Positions 50,744 through 58,859 of a stretch of DNA of 64,000 bases are shown here, piece after piece. Origin of the DNA: an uncultured SAR86 cluster bacterium (GTDB lineage: Bacteria > Pseudomonadota > Gammaproteobacteria > Magnimaribacterales > D2472). Below the pieces are notes generated by a model, which saw only the letters and a list, made by a program, of their open reading frames with translations, did not search any database and had not been told where the DNA came from. Positions within the stretch are counted from its first letter, which is position 1. Each line of letters begins with the position of its first letter. Where the stretch lies: NCBI GenBank assembly GCA_964275345.1, contig CAXYBK010000003.1, positions 569,636 through 633,635 of the forward strand. Direction: 5' to 3'. The position numbers were made by a program, and so were the translations under genes.

Positions 50744-51417
50744 GTAATTCCGGATTTACTTTTAGGCGAGTTCGCGAAGAGATGATAGAAAACTTGCTTG
50801 AAATGGGCATAAAAGATTTTAGAGTTCTCGATGCTATGGCTCAGATCCCAAGGCATATTTTTATAGACGAAGCTCTCAGATCACGAGCTTACGAGAATAG
50901 ATCATTAACTATTGGTTATCAGCAAACAATATCTCAACCATATATTGTCGCTAAAATGACTGAGCTATTGATAGCTCATACTAGCGGAAGAGGACATATA
51001 TTTAAAAATATCCTTGAATTAGGTTCTGGATGTGGATATCAATCAGCTGTTTTGTCTTATTTCTCAGAAGAGGTTAATGCAATAGAAAGAATCAAGCCTT
51101 TGGTAAGTAAGTCTAGAGAAAATCTAAGCGAGCTTAAAATATTTAATGTTGTAGTGAAGCATGGAGATGGATATCAAGACTGGGATAATAAAAAACAATA
51201 TGAAGGCATAATTTGTGCTGCTGCGCCTCGAGCATTTCCAGAAGAATTGCTTAATTGCTCCTTAGAAAACTCTAAAATAGTCATGCCTATTGGAGACTCT
51301 AAAGAGCAAAAGCTGCTTGTAGTAACTAAAACAAATACTGGATTTGTCCAAGAGTTTCATGATGAGGTTGCATTTGTGCCTATGCTTCCAGGAAAATCTA
51401 ATGATGGGAATAATTAA
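50740..51417 (+). CDS. pcm: Protein-L-isoaspartate O-methyltransferase
   Basis: ..IPRHIFIDE.., ..TISQPYIVA.., SAM motif ILELGSGCGYQSAVL. ATG 50740 overlaps the surE TGA (ATGA). Confidence 0.93.
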   Translation: MSNSGFTFRRVREEMIENLLEMGIKDFRVLDAMAQIPRHIFIDEALRSRAYENRSLTIGYQQTISQPYIVAKMTELLIAHTSGRGHIFKNILELGSGCGYQSAVLSYFSEEVNAIERIKPLVSKSRENLSELKIFNVVVKHGDGYQDWDNKKQYEGIICAAAPRAFPEELLNCSLENSKIVMPIGDSKEQKLLVVTKTNTGFVQEFHDEVAFVPMLPGKSNDGNN

Positions 51418-52139
51418 TGAATGAAAGAATAAAGTTTGTATTAGCAGGCTTTTGTGTTGGTTTTGCAGAGCTTCTTCCTGGAATCTCAGGCTCTACTGTA
51501 GCAATATTTTTTGGTATTTATGAAAAAATTATCAAATCCTTAAGTTCAATAAGGCTTAAGAATATAAGTTTTAATGTAAGTAAATTAAATCAAATATTTG
51601 CTCTTGATCTAATGATCCCATTTATTATTTCTATGATTATAAGCGTATTAGTTTTTTCTAAATTTATCTTATTTTTACATAATGAATTTACATCAATTTT
51701 TAATGTCTTTCTTGGAATTATAATGATTGTTGGCGGTTATTTATTGGCTCATAAAGAAATTATTAAATTTAAACTGAAAACAACTTCACTATACATAATA
51801 GGTTTTATTGCAAGCTTTATACTTTCAACTCTAGCCATTGATTCTATTGATATAAGCTTTATTAATCTAATATTTGCTGGCTTTGTAGCTTTTTCCTTTT
51901 TTCTTATTCCGGGGATTTCAGGAAGTGCCATTCTTCTAGTATTTGGACTTTATTCAACAATAATAGAATCTATAGCCAATTTTAATTTTACTGTTCTAGT
52001 CCCTTTTGCAATTGGTGCGTCAATTGCACTTTTAACTATGCCTAAATTAATTTTTTACCTCTTTGAGAATAATAGAGAATCTATAATTGTTCTTTTTGGT
52101 GGTTTAATTATTGGAACAGGTATTATTCTTATTTTTTAA
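51417..52139 (+). CDS. DUF368-family polytopic membrane protein (PopT-like candidate polyprenyl-phosphate translocase)
   Basis: 240 aa, 7-8 TM segments. The DUF368 hallmark P-G-I-S-G-S occurs twice (ELLPGISGSTVAIFFGIYE; FLIPGISGSAILLVFGLYS). Confidence 0.75.
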   Translation: MNERIKFVLAGFCVGFAELLPGISGSTVAIFFGIYEKIIKSLSSIRLKNISFNVSKLNQIFALDLMIPFIISMIISVLVFSKFILFLHNEFTSIFNVFLGIIMIVGGYLLAHKEIIKFKLKTTSLYIIGFIASFILSTLAIDSIDISFINLIFAGFVAFSFFLIPGISGSAILLVFGLYSTIIESIANFNFTVLVPFAIGASIALLTMPKLIFYLFENNRESIIVLFGGLIIGTGIILIF

Positions 52140-52768
52140 TGAACAAAATTAGTTTAATAGCTTTAATCAGCATAATAGTTTCATCATGTTCATCTTTAGA
52201 ACAGTCTATAGATCAGCTTTATAAAGAAGTTAGATCAACCTCAGAATATACAGTAAAAAAAAATGAAACCTTGTGGTCTATAGCTTTAAAAAATAATACA
52301 AGTCCAACAAAGATAGCTATAAAAAATAATTTAGAAAAACCTTACGTGATATACCCAGGTCAAAAACTTAACCTTTCTAATCTTGAATCAAGTAATCTTA
52401 AAAAAACCTCTTTACCAAAATGGAAATTGCCAACAATTCCAAGCATCAAGCAAAATAGAGAAGGTGATTTTTGGTATATCTTTAATGGAAAAATTGGTGA
52501 TCCTATCTTTGCTTCACAAAATGCCCAAGTTGTATTATCTGGTCCAGTTCTTCCTGGATACGGTAACTTTATTATGCTTGATCATGGCGATAATTATTTA
52601 AGCCTCTATGCACACTGTGACGATATTTTTGTAACAAAGGGAGAAGAAGTTATTTCAGGACAACAGATAGCTACCATTGGATCATCTGAAATAAATAAAC
52701 CAACCTTAAAGTTTCAAATTAGAAAATCAGGCACCCCAATAAATATTTCAGAAATAAAATTTAATTAA
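52139..52768 (+). CDS. nlpD: NlpD-like lipoprotein (LysM + degenerate M23 peptidase domain)
   Basis: 209 aa. Lipobox IVSSC. LysM ([34 protein letters not shown]). M23-like ..[39 protein letters not shown], in which the second metal His is replaced (LKFQIR vs LHFEIR). Confidence 0.85.
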   Translation: MNKISLIALISIIVSSCSSLEQSIDQLYKEVRSTSEYTVKKNETLWSIALKNNTSPTKIAIKNNLEKPYVIYPGQKLNLSNLESSNLKKTSLPKWKLPTIPSIKQNREGDFWYIFNGKIGDPIFASQNAQVVLSGPVLPGYGNFIMLDHGDNYLSLYAHCDDIFVTKGEEVISGQQIATIGSSEINKPTLKFQIRKSGTPINISEIKFN

Positions 52769-53087
52769 GGTTTAAAAATATTTTTTTATTTTTAATATCT
52801 TTATATTTTTCTGATTCAGGAAGAGGTTCACGAGCTTCTGTTATATTCTCATAAACTTCAGCTAGTTTTGCATTAATTTCTATAAATTCAATTTGGTCAT
52901 CAGGCAGTTCATCATCAGAAAAAATTGCATCTATTGGGCATTCAGGAACGCAAAGACCACAATCAATACATTCATCTGGATGTATAACTAAGAACTCTGG
53001 ACCTTCGTAAAAACAATCTACTGGACATACTTCTACACAGTCAGTAAGTTTGCACTTTATGCAGGTCTCTGTAACAACGAATGCCAT
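52761..53087 (-). CDS. fdxA: 7Fe ferredoxin (Azotobacter FdxA type, [3Fe-4S][4Fe-4S])
   Basis: 108 aa. [53 protein letters not shown]. Confidence 0.93.
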   Translation of the reverse strand: MAFVVTETCIKCKLTDCVEVCPVDCFYEGPEFLVIHPDECIDCGLCVPECPIDAIFSDDELPDDQIEFIEINAKLAEVYENITEAREPLPESEKYKDIKNKKIFLNLN

Positions 53088-53173
53088 AAATAAATTTTCA
53101 AAGAAAAAATGATTTTAACGTACATAAAAACAAAATTATAGAATAGTATTTGATTTATAGAGTTTTTCTATTA

Positions 53174-53193
53174 TACTGTATAAACATACAGTA
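53174..53193. promoter_or_regulatory. LexA (SOS) box upstream of recA
   Basis: TACTGTATAAACATACAGTA, i.e. CTGT-N8-ACAG with the flanks of the E. coli consensus TACTGTATATATATACAGTA. Ends 10 nt before the recA ATG. Overlaps a candidate promoter TTGATT-N16-TATACT (about 53150..53177). Confidence 0.85.
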
Positions 53194-53203
53194 AGGAGTT
53201 ATT

Positions 53204-54214
53204 ATGGCTACAGACAAAACTAAAGATCTTAAAGAGACCCTAAGTCAAATTGAAAAACAGTTTGGCAAAGGAACAGTAATGAGAATGGGCGACAAAGAAA
53301 TTTTAGATATACCTTCTATTTCAACAGGTTCAGTTGGCTTAGATATAGCACTTGGTATAGGCGGCATTCCGCAAGGAAGAGTAACAGAGATATATGGCCC
53401 GGAATCATCAGGTAAGACTACATTAACACTTCAGATTATTGCTGAATGTCAAAAAAAGGGCGGAACAGCTGCTTTCATTGATGCTGAGCATGCATTAGAT
53501 CCTCAATATGCAGGAAAACTTGGAGTAAATGTAGATGATCTACTTTTATCTCAGCCAGATACTGGTGAGCAAGCATTAGAAGTAGCTGATATGTTAGTAA
53601 AATCTAATAGTGTAGATTTGGTTGTTGTTGACTCAGTTGCAGCCCTTGTTCCAAGAGCAGAAATTGAAGGTGAGATGGGAGATCATCATGTTGGCCTTCA
53701 GGCAAGGTTAATGTCACAGGCTTTAAGAAAGATCACTGGTAATATTCAGCGCTCAGGAGCAACTGTGATTTTTATAAATCAAATTCGAATGAAAATAGGA
53801 GTTATGTTTGGAAGTCCTGAGACAACAACTGGTGGAAATGCTCTTAAATTTTATTCATCTGTAAGACTCGACATCCGTAGAATTGGTGCAGTCAAAGAGG
53901 GTGACGAAGTGATAGGAAATGAAACAAGAGTTAAAGTTGTTAAAAATAAAGTTTCACCTCCTTTTAGACAGGCAGAATTTCAAATTATGTATGGTCAAGG
54001 AATTAATTCAGAAGGTGAGATTTTAGACTTCGGTCAAAAATTAGGCGTTATTGAAAAAGCTGGATCTTGGTATAGTCATAATGGAGAAAAAATTGGGCAA
54101 GGAAAAGTTAATGCAAGTACTTTTCTAAAAGAAAATACTGCAATAAGAGATGCTTTATTAAAAGATATTAGAGCTGAATATATTGTTTCAAACGCAAAAC
54201 CTTCCAAGAAATAG
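53204..54214 (+). CDS. recA: Recombinase RecA
   Basis: 336 aa. ..[16 protein letters not shown].., Walker [10 protein letters not shown], ..[11 protein letters not shown].., ..VVVDSVAAL... Confidence 0.98.
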   Translation: MATDKTKDLKETLSQIEKQFGKGTVMRMGDKEILDIPSISTGSVGLDIALGIGGIPQGRVTEIYGPESSGKTTLTLQIIAECQKKGGTAAFIDAEHALDPQYAGKLGVNVDDLLLSQPDTGEQALEVADMLVKSNSVDLVVVDSVAALVPRAEIEGEMGDHHVGLQARLMSQALRKITGNIQRSGATVIFINQIRMKIGVMFGSPETTTGGNALKFYSSVRLDIRRIGAVKEGDEVIGNETRVKVVKNKVSPPFRQAEFQIMYGQGINSEGEILDFGQKLGVIEKAGSWYSHNGEKIGQGKVNASTFLKENTAIRDALLKDIRAEYIVSNAKPSKK

Positions 54215-54236
54215 AAATTTAACATTGGCATTTATT

Positions 54237-54284
54237 CCTACTTTAGATTAGCATTATTACTAATTTAAAGTAGGGGATTTTGTT
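54237..54284 (+). terminator. Candidate intrinsic terminator after recA
   Basis: CCTACTTTAGATTA (54237..54250), 10-nt loop, then TAATTTAAAGTAGG (54261..54274). This is a 14-bp stem with one mismatch, followed by GGATTTTGTT. The stem is AT-rich and the U-tract is short. Confidence 0.4.
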
Positions 54285-54286
54285 AC

Positions 54287-55468
54287 ATGACATCAAATAA
54301 TGCATATATCGTGAGCGCTGTTAGAACAGCCGGCGGAAAAAAGAACGGAAAACTAAGTGGTTGGCATCCAGCGGATTTAGGTGCAAAAGTTTTAGATGAG
54401 CTTGTTCATCAAACAGGAATAGATCCGAATAATATTGATGATGTTATTTTTGGCTGTGTGGACCAAGTAGGAGCTCAATCCGGTAATCTTGCAAGGAATT
54501 CAGTTTTGGCATCCAGCCTTCCGGAATCTGTTCCTGGAACAACTGTAGATAGACAATGTGGTTCATCTCAACAAGCAATACATTTTGCGGCTCAGGCAGT
54601 TATGTCTGGAACACAAGACGTTGTTATTGCTGGAGGGGTAGAGGCTATGTCCATGGTGCCAATTGGTGCTAGTGTAAAAGATGGTTTTGATGCAGGTCAT
54701 GGATTTCCTTTTAACGCAGATGGAATAGCTGCAAGGTATCCTGGAGTATTTTTCTCTCAATTTACAGGTGCAGAATTAGTTGCAGATAAATGGAAGCTAT
54801 CTAGAGAAGATTTAGATATTTTTGCTCTTGAAAGTCATCAGAAAGCTAAATATGCCACTGAAATGAAATATTTTGACTTAGAAATATTACCTTTAGCTGG
54901 CAAGAATGAACATAACGACACCGATATGGTACTTGCTGATGAAGGCATTAGATTTGATGCATCAATAGAAGCTCTTGCAGGTCTTAAGACAGTTGTTGAG
55001 GGTGGCGTAATTACCCCTGGAAATGCTAGCCAGATTACAGATGGCGCAGCTGCTATTATGATTTGTAATGATGAAGGTCTTAAAAAGATTAAGTGTGATC
55101 CTAGAGCTAAGATTACAGCATTGTCTGTTGTAGGCGATGATCCTGTTTTCATGCTAACAGGGCCAATACCTGCATCACATAAAGTATTAGCTAGAGCAAA
55201 TCTAAATATAGATGATATGGATCTTTATGAAGTGAATGAAGCATTTGCTCCAGTGCCGTTAGCTTGGGCTAAAGAGCTTAATGCAGACATGTCTAAGCTC
55301 AATGTTAATGGTGGCGCTATGGCGCTTGGACATCCATTAGGAGCAACAGGAGCTAAATTAATGACTACTATGCTGCATGAGTTAGAGAGAAGGGAGGGTA
55401 AATATGCTCTGCAAGCTATATGCGAAGGCGGCGGAACAGCAAATGCAACTATAATCGAAAGAATCTAA
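54287..55468 (+). CDS. Thiolase-family acetyl-CoA C-acyl/acetyltransferase
   Basis: 393 aa. Active-site Cys context VDRQCGSSQQAI. ..NEAFA.., ..GGAMALGHPLGATGA.., ..CEGGGTANA... Confidence 0.9.
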   Translation: MTSNNAYIVSAVRTAGGKKNGKLSGWHPADLGAKVLDELVHQTGIDPNNIDDVIFGCVDQVGAQSGNLARNSVLASSLPESVPGTTVDRQCGSSQQAIHFAAQAVMSGTQDVVIAGGVEAMSMVPIGASVKDGFDAGHGFPFNADGIAARYPGVFFSQFTGAELVADKWKLSREDLDIFALESHQKAKYATEMKYFDLEILPLAGKNEHNDTDMVLADEGIRFDASIEALAGLKTVVEGGVITPGNASQITDGAAAIMICNDEGLKKIKCDPRAKITALSVVGDDPVFMLTGPIPASHKVLARANLNIDDMDLYEVNEAFAPVPLAWAKELNADMSKLNVNGGAMALGHPLGATGAKLMTTMLHELERREGKYALQAICEGGGTANATIIERI

Positions 55469-55567
55469 TTATTTCTATTATAAATAGATATATCTAATCT
55501 TTGATCAATTTTTTATATATTGGCATGACTTGTGTCAATATTTATTACGTATACAATTAATATTGCT

Positions 55568-57574
55568 ATGAGGATTTTAAGGGGTATTTTTCTATTGCTA
55601 TTTTTGATGGCAATTCTTATTTTTTTTCATTTCTTAAAAACATCTACTGGAACTAATCAACAGGTTCAATTTTCTCTTGATGAATCCTATTACTTAGAAG
55701 ACATCGTTTCTAAAAACAAAACACAATCAGATCCTAATCCAAATAAAAATGCATATTTTGGAGACTTGCATATTCATACATCTAATTCTTTTGACGCATA
55801 TACATTTGGGACTTTGAGTACACCAAAAATAGCCTATAAATATGCTCAAGGTGAATCAATTCCTCACCCAACAGGATACGATATTCAGCTTAGAAGACCC
55901 CTTGATTTTTATGCTGTTACTGATCATGGTTTTTTCTTAGGACTATTACCAAGTGCAGCAGATACAAGCTCGCTATTTTCTAAATATGAATATACTAAAT
56001 CTCTTCATAATTTGAACGATTCAGTCTCTAATAATCTTTTTGACCTTTTTAAGAGAAGTACCCTTTTTAGAAATTTTGCTAGAGACACAATTGATGGGCT
56101 TAGTGATGGAACTATTGACAGAAATCTTATAGATGATATTCAAGAGAGCGTTTGGAAGGAAACAATCAAAGCAGCAGATGATGCCTATAAGCCTGGAGTT
56201 TTTACAACCTTTGCTGGCTATGAATTCACTTCTGCTGAGGATTTGTATGATAACTATCTTCATCGTAATGTTATATTTGAAAATACAGAAAATTTGCCAA
56301 ATAAAATTTTTTCAAGACTAGACAGCATGAATCCAGAGCCACTATGGGAATGGATGAATAATCTCAGAGATAATGGAGTTGATAGTTTAGCCATTCCACA
56401 TAATTCAAATATCTCAGGCGGGACAGCCTTTCCAATGAATTATTTCAATGGGGATCTCATTGATGACGCATACGCAACAATGAGATCATTAAATGAACCT
56501 CTTGTAGAAATTACTCAGGTTAAAGGAACTTCAGAAACACACCCATTACTTTCAAAAAATGATGAGTGGGCTTCATTTGAAACTGAATCGCCATCTGAAG
56601 AATCAAATGATATGAAAAATATAAAAGGTGCATATGTTAGAAATGCTTATTTAAGAGGAATGGCTATTGAAGAAAAAGGAATTGCAAACCCTTATAAGTT
56701 TGGCTTGATTGGTTCTAGCGATAGTCATGTAGGAGGTGCTTCATATAATGAAGAAACCTTTATTTCTAAAGTAGGTGTCTTGGATGGCACCCCTAGATTA
56801 AGGGGCTCAGTGCCATTTAACAAATTTTATGGTTTTACAATTAGCAAACTTCGTCCTAATTCAATGTCTAATATTGATGATAAATATTACTTAAAGGTAG
56901 GTGATAGACTTATATATTTTGGTGCATCTGGTCTAGCTGGAGTATGGGCAGAAGAAAATACAAGAGAATCTATATTTAGAGCTTTACGAAATAAAGAAAC
57001 ATTTGCAACATCTGGTCCTAGAATTAAAGTGAGGTTCTTTGGAGGCTATGATTTAGAAAATCATGATCTCAATGACGATAACCTTATTAAAAAAGCATAT
57101 GCCATGAACACACCAATGGGTGGAAATATTTATTCCAACGAATTAAGTAGTCCAACGTTCTTAATATGGGCAATCTCAGATCCTTTAGGAGGTTTATTGC
57201 AAAGATCTCAAATAGTTAAAGGATGGATAGAAAATGGAGAGCATAATGAAAAGGTCTATGATGCAGTTTGCTCAGATGGCTTAGAAATTGATCCAGAAAC
57301 TCATCGTTGCGCAAGTAATGAGGCCAAAGTAAATCTTAGTGATTGTTCTACTAGTAATGTTGGTAATTCAGAATTAAAAACTTTATGGAAAGATCCAGAT
57401 TTTAAAAAGAATCAAAATGCTTTTTATTATGTTCGCGTTATAGAGAATCCTGCATGTAGATGGTCTACGTGGGACTCAATTAGAGCTGGAGAAAAACCAA
57501 GATCTGATATAGATGCAACCATTCAAGAAAGAGCTTGGTCATCACCTATTTGGCTTAAAACAACAGTTGATTAA
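55568..57574 (+). CDS. DUF3604-family protein (PHP-like metal-dependent hydrolase fold), secreted or membrane-anchored, function unknown
   Basis: ORF 55532..57574. ATG 55568 gives MRILRGIFLLLFLMAILIFF (signal/anchor). ..AYFGDLHIHTSNSFDAY.., ..FYAVTDHG.., ..GYEFTS.., ..IPHNSNISGG.., ..GSSDSHV.., ..ERAWSSPIW. These match my recollection of DUF3604 conserved blocks. Confidence 0.7.
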   Translation: MRILRGIFLLLFLMAILIFFHFLKTSTGTNQQVQFSLDESYYLEDIVSKNKTQSDPNPNKNAYFGDLHIHTSNSFDAYTFGTLSTPKIAYKYAQGESIPHPTGYDIQLRRPLDFYAVTDHGFFLGLLPSAADTSSLFSKYEYTKSLHNLNDSVSNNLFDLFKRSTLFRNFARDTIDGLSDGTIDRNLIDDIQESVWKETIKAADDAYKPGVFTTFAGYEFTSAEDLYDNYLHRNVIFENTENLPNKIFSRLDSMNPEPLWEWMNNLRDNGVDSLAIPHNSNISGGTAFPMNYFNGDLIDDAYATMRSLNEPLVEITQVKGTSETHPLLSKNDEWASFETESPSEESNDMKNIKGAYVRNAYLRGMAIEEKGIANPYKFGLIGSSDSHVGGASYNEETFISKVGVLDGTPRLRGSVPFNKFYGFTISKLRPNSMSNIDDKYYLKVGDRLIYFGASGLAGVWAEENTRESIFRALRNKETFATSGPRIKVRFFGGYDLENHDLNDDNLIKKAYAMNTPMGGNIYSNELSSPTFLIWAISDPLGGLLQRSQIVKGWIENGEHNEKVYDAVCSDGLEIDPETHRCASNEAKVNLSDCSTSNVGNSELKTLWKDPDFKKNQNAFYYVRVIENPACRWSTWDSIRAGEKPRSDIDATIQERAWSSPIWLKTTVD

Positions 57575-57581
57575 TAGGTTT

Positions 57582-57607
57582 TATATGTAAAGTCTACTTT
57601 ACATATA
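57582..57607 (+). terminator. Perfect 12-bp inverted repeat after the DUF3604 gene (hairpin, possible terminator or operator)
   Basis: TATATGTAAAGT ct ACTTTACATATA, 8 nt after the stop codon. All-AT-rich stem with no following U-tract. Confidence 0.3.
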
Positions 57608-57656
57608 TAAGCTAAAGTTATATAATATATTTATTAATCAAACCCTATTTTTTACT

Positions 57657-58568
57657 ATGCTTTTTAATATATTTCTTTCCTTTGCTGCCTTATTAATAAT
57701 ACTTGCCCTTTACCTAGGTATAAATGTTGTTCCTCAATCAAAGGTATATGTAATTGAGAGATTTGGTAAATATACTAAAAACCTAGACTCTGGTCTCTCC
57801 ATAATAATTCCATTTGTTGATAGAGTGGCCCATAAAGTTGATATTCTAGAAAGACAACTTCCTAAATTCCAAATATCAGTAATAACTAAAGATAATGTTG
57901 AAGTTGGATTAGTATCTACTGTATTTTTTAGAGTATTAGATGCTTCAAAGTCAGTTTATAGAATTAAAAACATTGACTTAGCTGTTGAAAATACAGCCAT
58001 ATCAGTAATCAGATCAGCTGCTGGAAAACTAGAACTTGATGATTTACAAAGCTCAAGAGAATCAATGAATAATGAAATTAGAGATAGGCTTAGTAAGGCT
58101 GCTGAAATTTGGGGTGTTGAGGTTACACGAACTGAGATATTAGATGTTTTAGTTGATGAACAAACAAAAGACTCTCAAAGGCAACAGTTAAATGCAGAAA
58201 GAGAAAGAAGAGCCACCATTGCAACCGCCGAAGGTTTAAAAAGAAGTACAGAATTAAATGCAGATGCTCAATTATATGAAGCTGAAAAAATTGCAGATGC
58301 TGTTAAAATAACTGCTGATGCAGATGCTTATGCTATAAAAATTAAAGCTGAAGCAGATGCAGAACAAACTAGAGTCGTAGGTAAGGCAATCAAAGACGAT
58401 GGGCAACCAGCTGTAAATTTTGAGATTATGAAAAGACAAGTAGATGGTTTAACAACCTTAGCTTCATCGGGTCAATCCAAAACTCTTGTAATACCATCAG
58501 ATGTAACTAAAGCTTTAGGCAGCCTAGAATTGCTTCTAGGAAGCTTTTCAGATAACACTAAAGATTAA
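57657..58568 (+). CDS. SPFH/band-7 (stomatin/QmcA-like) membrane protein
   Basis: 303 aa. N-terminal TM, then ..VVPQSKVYVIERFGKY.., ..ITKDNVEVGL.., ..AAEIWGVEVTRTEI.. and an Ala/Asp/Lys-rich coiled C-terminus. Confidence 0.88.
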   Translation: MLFNIFLSFAALLIILALYLGINVVPQSKVYVIERFGKYTKNLDSGLSIIIPFVDRVAHKVDILERQLPKFQISVITKDNVEVGLVSTVFFRVLDASKSVYRIKNIDLAVENTAISVIRSAAGKLELDDLQSSRESMNNEIRDRLSKAAEIWGVEVTRTEILDVLVDEQTKDSQRQQLNAERERRATIATAEGLKRSTELNADAQLYEAEKIADAVKITADADAYAIKIKAEADAEQTRVVGKAIKDDGQPAVNFEIMKRQVDGLTTLASSGQSKTLVIPSDVTKALGSLELLLGSFSDNTKD

Positions 58569-58849
58569 TGGATATAGTTTTTTTAGAAAATCCTGACATT
58601 TGGCTAATCGCTGGAGTCGGTTTAATTATTTTAGAAATCTTTATTGGTTCGCTAGTTTTATTTCTTCCATTAGGCTTAGCAAGCTTATGCGTTGGATTAA
58701 TACTTAAATTACAAGTAAATTTTGATTTTATTTTAATTACAAATTGGGCATATGCGCTTGTAACATGGGCATTAATTTCTATAGCTTTTTCTTACCTAAT
58801 TCAGAAATTCTTTAAAAAGAAAGAGAAAAAAGATGTTAATTCTTATTAA
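58568..58849 (+). CDS. NfeD-like small membrane protein (TM part only)
   Basis: 93 aa, three hydrophobic helices (WLIAGVGLIILEIFIG.. etc.). Start overlaps the SPFH gene stop (TAATG), as in qmcA-ybbJ type operons. Lacks the C-terminal soluble beta-barrel expected of NfeD. Confidence 0.5.
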   Translation: MDIVFLENPDIWLIAGVGLIILEIFIGSLVLFLPLGLASLCVGLILKLQVNFDFILITNWAYALVTWALISIAFSYLIQKFFKKKEKKDVNSY

Positions 58850-58859
58850 ATAAATACAG

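Noticed and set aside
54563-55152. Antisense ORFs (65 aa and 104 aa) inside the thiolase gene, plus similar 60-100-aa ORFs inside gatA, mreB, mgtE, ftsZ, murE, pyrG, eno, ispDF and others
   Set aside because: All are nested within, and opposite or out of frame to, strongly conserved genes. None has independent support.
55521-55540. TGGCATGACTTGTGT upstream of the DUF3604 gene as a possible sigma-54 (-24/-12) promoter, given rpoN in the window
   Set aside because: The GG-to-TTG spacing is about 2 nt too short, and the -12 element reads TTGT rather than TTGC. A second TGGCA at about 54226 also lacks a correctly spaced GC. Neither is convincing.
54287-58849. The thiolase / DUF3604 / SPFH-NfeD block as a horizontally acquired genomic island
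   Set aside because: There is no flanking tRNA, integrase, transposase or direct repeats. Base composition and codon style look the same as the surrounding core genes by eye. It is better described as lineage-specific accessory genes than as a mobile island.
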